Assembly (NCBI GenBank): GCA_050084515.1
Contig: CM114271.1
Location: 39,432,001 to 39,496,000 of the forward strand
Direction of reading: 5' to 3'
Source of the DNA: Blasia pusilla
Lineage: Eukaryota
Length of the DNA stretch: 64,000 nucleotides
A program made the position numbers and the translations under genes. Shown here piece by piece: positions 61,258 through 64,000 of this stretch (the first letter of the stretch is position 1; the number at the start of each line of letters is the position of its first letter). The notes beneath the pieces were generated by a model. It saw nothing but the letters and a program-made list of their open reading frames with translations. It did not search any database and was not told the DNA's origin.

Positions 61258-62005
61258 ATATCATGGTTATATGTGGATAAAATTTGTGTCCATAAACATG
61301 TCTATGTCCGTGGACTAGCGTACATCTTATGCAGGGACTTGTCCATATGGGTTCTACCTTCCCCTTCTTTCTAATTCCCCCATATCAGAAAGTGTGGAGA
61401 GAGTGCCAATATGGACTTGTAAACATTTTGCATTTGTTTCATACTATGAGTTTAGAGATGTTAAGAGCCAAAAGACCATTCTTTCAAGTTTTTGCAACTA
61501 TTGTGGTATGAATTATTTCCCCAACCTATTTTAGGATGGGCATTTTTTGTAAGGATTTATCACTCGTTGTAGTGTTTAACAATTTTTATTAATATTCTAT
61601 GTTATTATCAATACCTCCCATTGCCCTTTATTGCTAGTAGAAGATACATTAGGGTTAAGTTAGCTTTGGCGGTATCTTCATTACATGGTAGTCACGGGAA
61701 CCCTTAAAGGGTCTTTCCTTTTTCCTTCTTAGTCTCGTGCTAAGTATGATCGTGGTCTTCCTCAACTCTACGAGTCTTCTTTTCTCAACTCTATGTGTCT
61801 CATTTTCCTTGTACTTTCGATGGGTTCTCCCGTCTTCTTTTATGCATGGCTTATGTTCATGTTCCATACTTTCTTGTTTCTTCTTCCCTCCACCTCTAGT
61901 CCCTCATCCCTTATTGGGCTCCACCTCTTGCAATCCATGTCTATGAACATATCCATACTTGTCCATCCAAGGGAAGGACTTGTCTTTTTTTTTTTTTTGT
62001 TGCAA

Positions 62006-62009
<4 letters not shown>

Positions 62010-62059
<50 letters not shown>
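62010..62059. repeat. (TA)n microsatellite
   Basis: Seen directly. Confidence 0.98.
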
Positions 62060-62064
<5 letters not shown>

Positions 62065-62773
62065 GAAGTATCATGAATCGTTGCAAAGTTTCCATGGGAG
62101 AACAAGAGATTTTTAAACTCAACTTTTATTTGAGTTTGGTTCTTATCATATTTGAGTGGAGTAAAACTAGGAAGAAATTTGAAGTTTAATGAGGGTGTTA
62201 ATTTGATGGAATATATCATTACAAACTAGAACACACAATAGACATTTAATGATTTTTTTGGTGGATGTAAAGATTTTGGAGAAATTTGAAGAGAAATAAA
62301 TTGGAAAGAATTTTTTATGTGGTCTTCACAAAGAACATATGGGGAATCATAAAAAATTAACCAAAAATCATGGAAAGATGGCATTCCAAGACCATTAGAA
62401 GAAATAGAATCAATGGGATTCTTTTGCATGAACCCATTCTTTTTCTCTTTATTTGTACAAAGAGCATACAAATAAAGAGAAAAGACCAAACCATGTTGGC
62501 AACTAGCTGCATATAGACTATGAAAAATATTGAAGAGACAAGGTGAATAAAGTCATTTCATGACAAAGACATCTGTTGCTTTACAGGAGGAAAAAAATGA
62601 TAAGTGATGAACACTAGGAAGAGTGGCCAAGGAGAGAATTTTTTTTTCTGAATCAAATGAAAAAAAAAATCACGTGATAAAATGAAAAAAAACACGTAGT
62701 CTATAATAAGAACACTAAGATCTATGATACCTTACAATGCAGATATAAATTAGCTATCCATACCTAAATATAA

Positions 62774-64000
62774 TTAGGTTATTTTTTTGTAATGGTAGTT
62801 GTAGTCTAGCAAGAGGAGATATTGAGCCTTGGTAGAGAGGCCAAAAGTGACATCTTTGTCTCCCTTCATAACCTTTTGTGTAGAGGACATCCTCAGGGTG
62901 ATTTCTTGGACTTTTCTAGGAGGTTTTTTATTAGTTAGAGCACGATCCCATGGATAGGGGTACAAGTCACCGCGATCTTCATTGTTGCGTCCAACAAAGT
63001 TTACCAATGGATAGTATGACACAACACGTTGGTCTATAGTAAATACTTTTGGTCATACCAAGTCGAGTTCATTGGGATGTTGGGCCGATTTTGCGCCCAA
63101 AAGTTTTGGGGGAAAAAAAACTGGCGACCCTCTATGGTCGCCAGTTCTTGGTGTGCATGGGATTTTCCCCTTAATGACATGTTGTTATAGTTAGGATGGC
63201 ATGTGTGAATATATCATCTTCTTGAACCCTTGGGGCTTGGAGAGGGTATATTCCAAGAGGAGGCTAAGAGAGGCTTATCTTTAAACAAATGAGCCCTCCA
63301 AGAATCCAAGCACATAATTGGGTAGTGTCGAAGATCCATAGTAGCCCTTGTGAGTCTACAAGAGTAAGGTTCGTTCCATTTTTTATTGGATAGTTAGATG
63401 CAAGTTTGAGTTGTTGGACACATGGTGGTTATCGTGTGTGGGATTACATATCACTACATAATCTACATCATTGATCACATCTACACAACAAATATCACCG
63501 ATCCTCCCAACATAGGGTAGGTTAATACGCATAAAAAAATACTCATGCATATATATCAAGATCGCACCAAAAAAATGAAGTAAAAACTTAAGGTTCATAT
63601 AGACAATTTCAGATCTTCTCTCAAAACTACATCTGCATATTAAGACATATCCATCCTTTGCTAGGAGGGAATACAAACTCTAGCGCTAAACCTCCAATGA
63701 ATTCCTAACAAGATGAGTGCTAGTAAGGCTCAACATGAGAAGGATGGCTTGTGAAAGCCATTCCTCTCACCTTTATATCCTTGGGAAAAGCCAAAAGAGT
63801 TCTTCCCCCAAAAATAACTTGCGTACACATGTTACTTGATGACTGTTGACTTGATCAATAGGTTATCGAATCATCTCACCCAAAATAGTAAAAGAGATGG
63901 TTTATCGTAAATGACCAACTTGGGATAATGGAGCTTTGTCCAAATTCATCCAACACCTTAGGATGAAGTTACGCCCAAACAACGTGCTAACTCTTTAGAC
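62774..64000 (-). mobile_element. LTR retrotransposon relic: LTR related to the 36.1-kb element, followed by a gag-like start
   Basis: 63600-64000 is the reverse complement of 36145-36547 with divergence. ORF 62774-63022 (LVNFVGRNNED) is weakly gag-like. Confidence 0.65.

Larger units (their letters stand above)
59850..61845 (+). mobile_element. Degraded CRE-type copy interrupted by a MITE and an LTR fragment
   Basis: The 3' motif ttgtactttcgatgggttctcc (about 61810-61831) matches ttgtacttccgatgggttttcc (55265-55286). Scattered peptide similarities: FYG..HG, GIP and RFL..VRDR. Left boundary approximate. Confidence 0.5.

Overview
Eukaryotic, plant-like genomic DNA. A bryophyte-grade land plant is my inference from the gene and transposon types; the species cannot be read from the sequence. 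The first 20 kb hold two intact, intron-rich minus-strand genes that I spliced by hand with GT-AG introns and consistent phases. One is a 15-exon CRTAC1-like FG-GAP/ASPIC-UnbV protein (1001-6030) with an ambiguous 5' region that could give either a transit peptide or a separate upstream spliced ORF. The other is a 16-exon MYST histone acetyltransferase (12514-19932). The remaining 44 kb is nested transposon sequence: a near-intact CRE-type (RT + restriction-like endonuclease) non-LTR element with a 12-bp flanking direct repeat, two older degraded copies of it (a third lies between the genes at about 7750-10150), a LINE bounded on both sides by (CT)n, Helitron helicase and Helitron termini, two Harbinger transposase relics, Ty3/Gypsy gag, pol and LTR pieces, a solo LTR and a hAT-type MITE. 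One LTR-associated segment carries a roughly 90-bp-periodic array of hairpins built on a GCATAGGG core. I found no rRNA, tRNA or CRISPR array.
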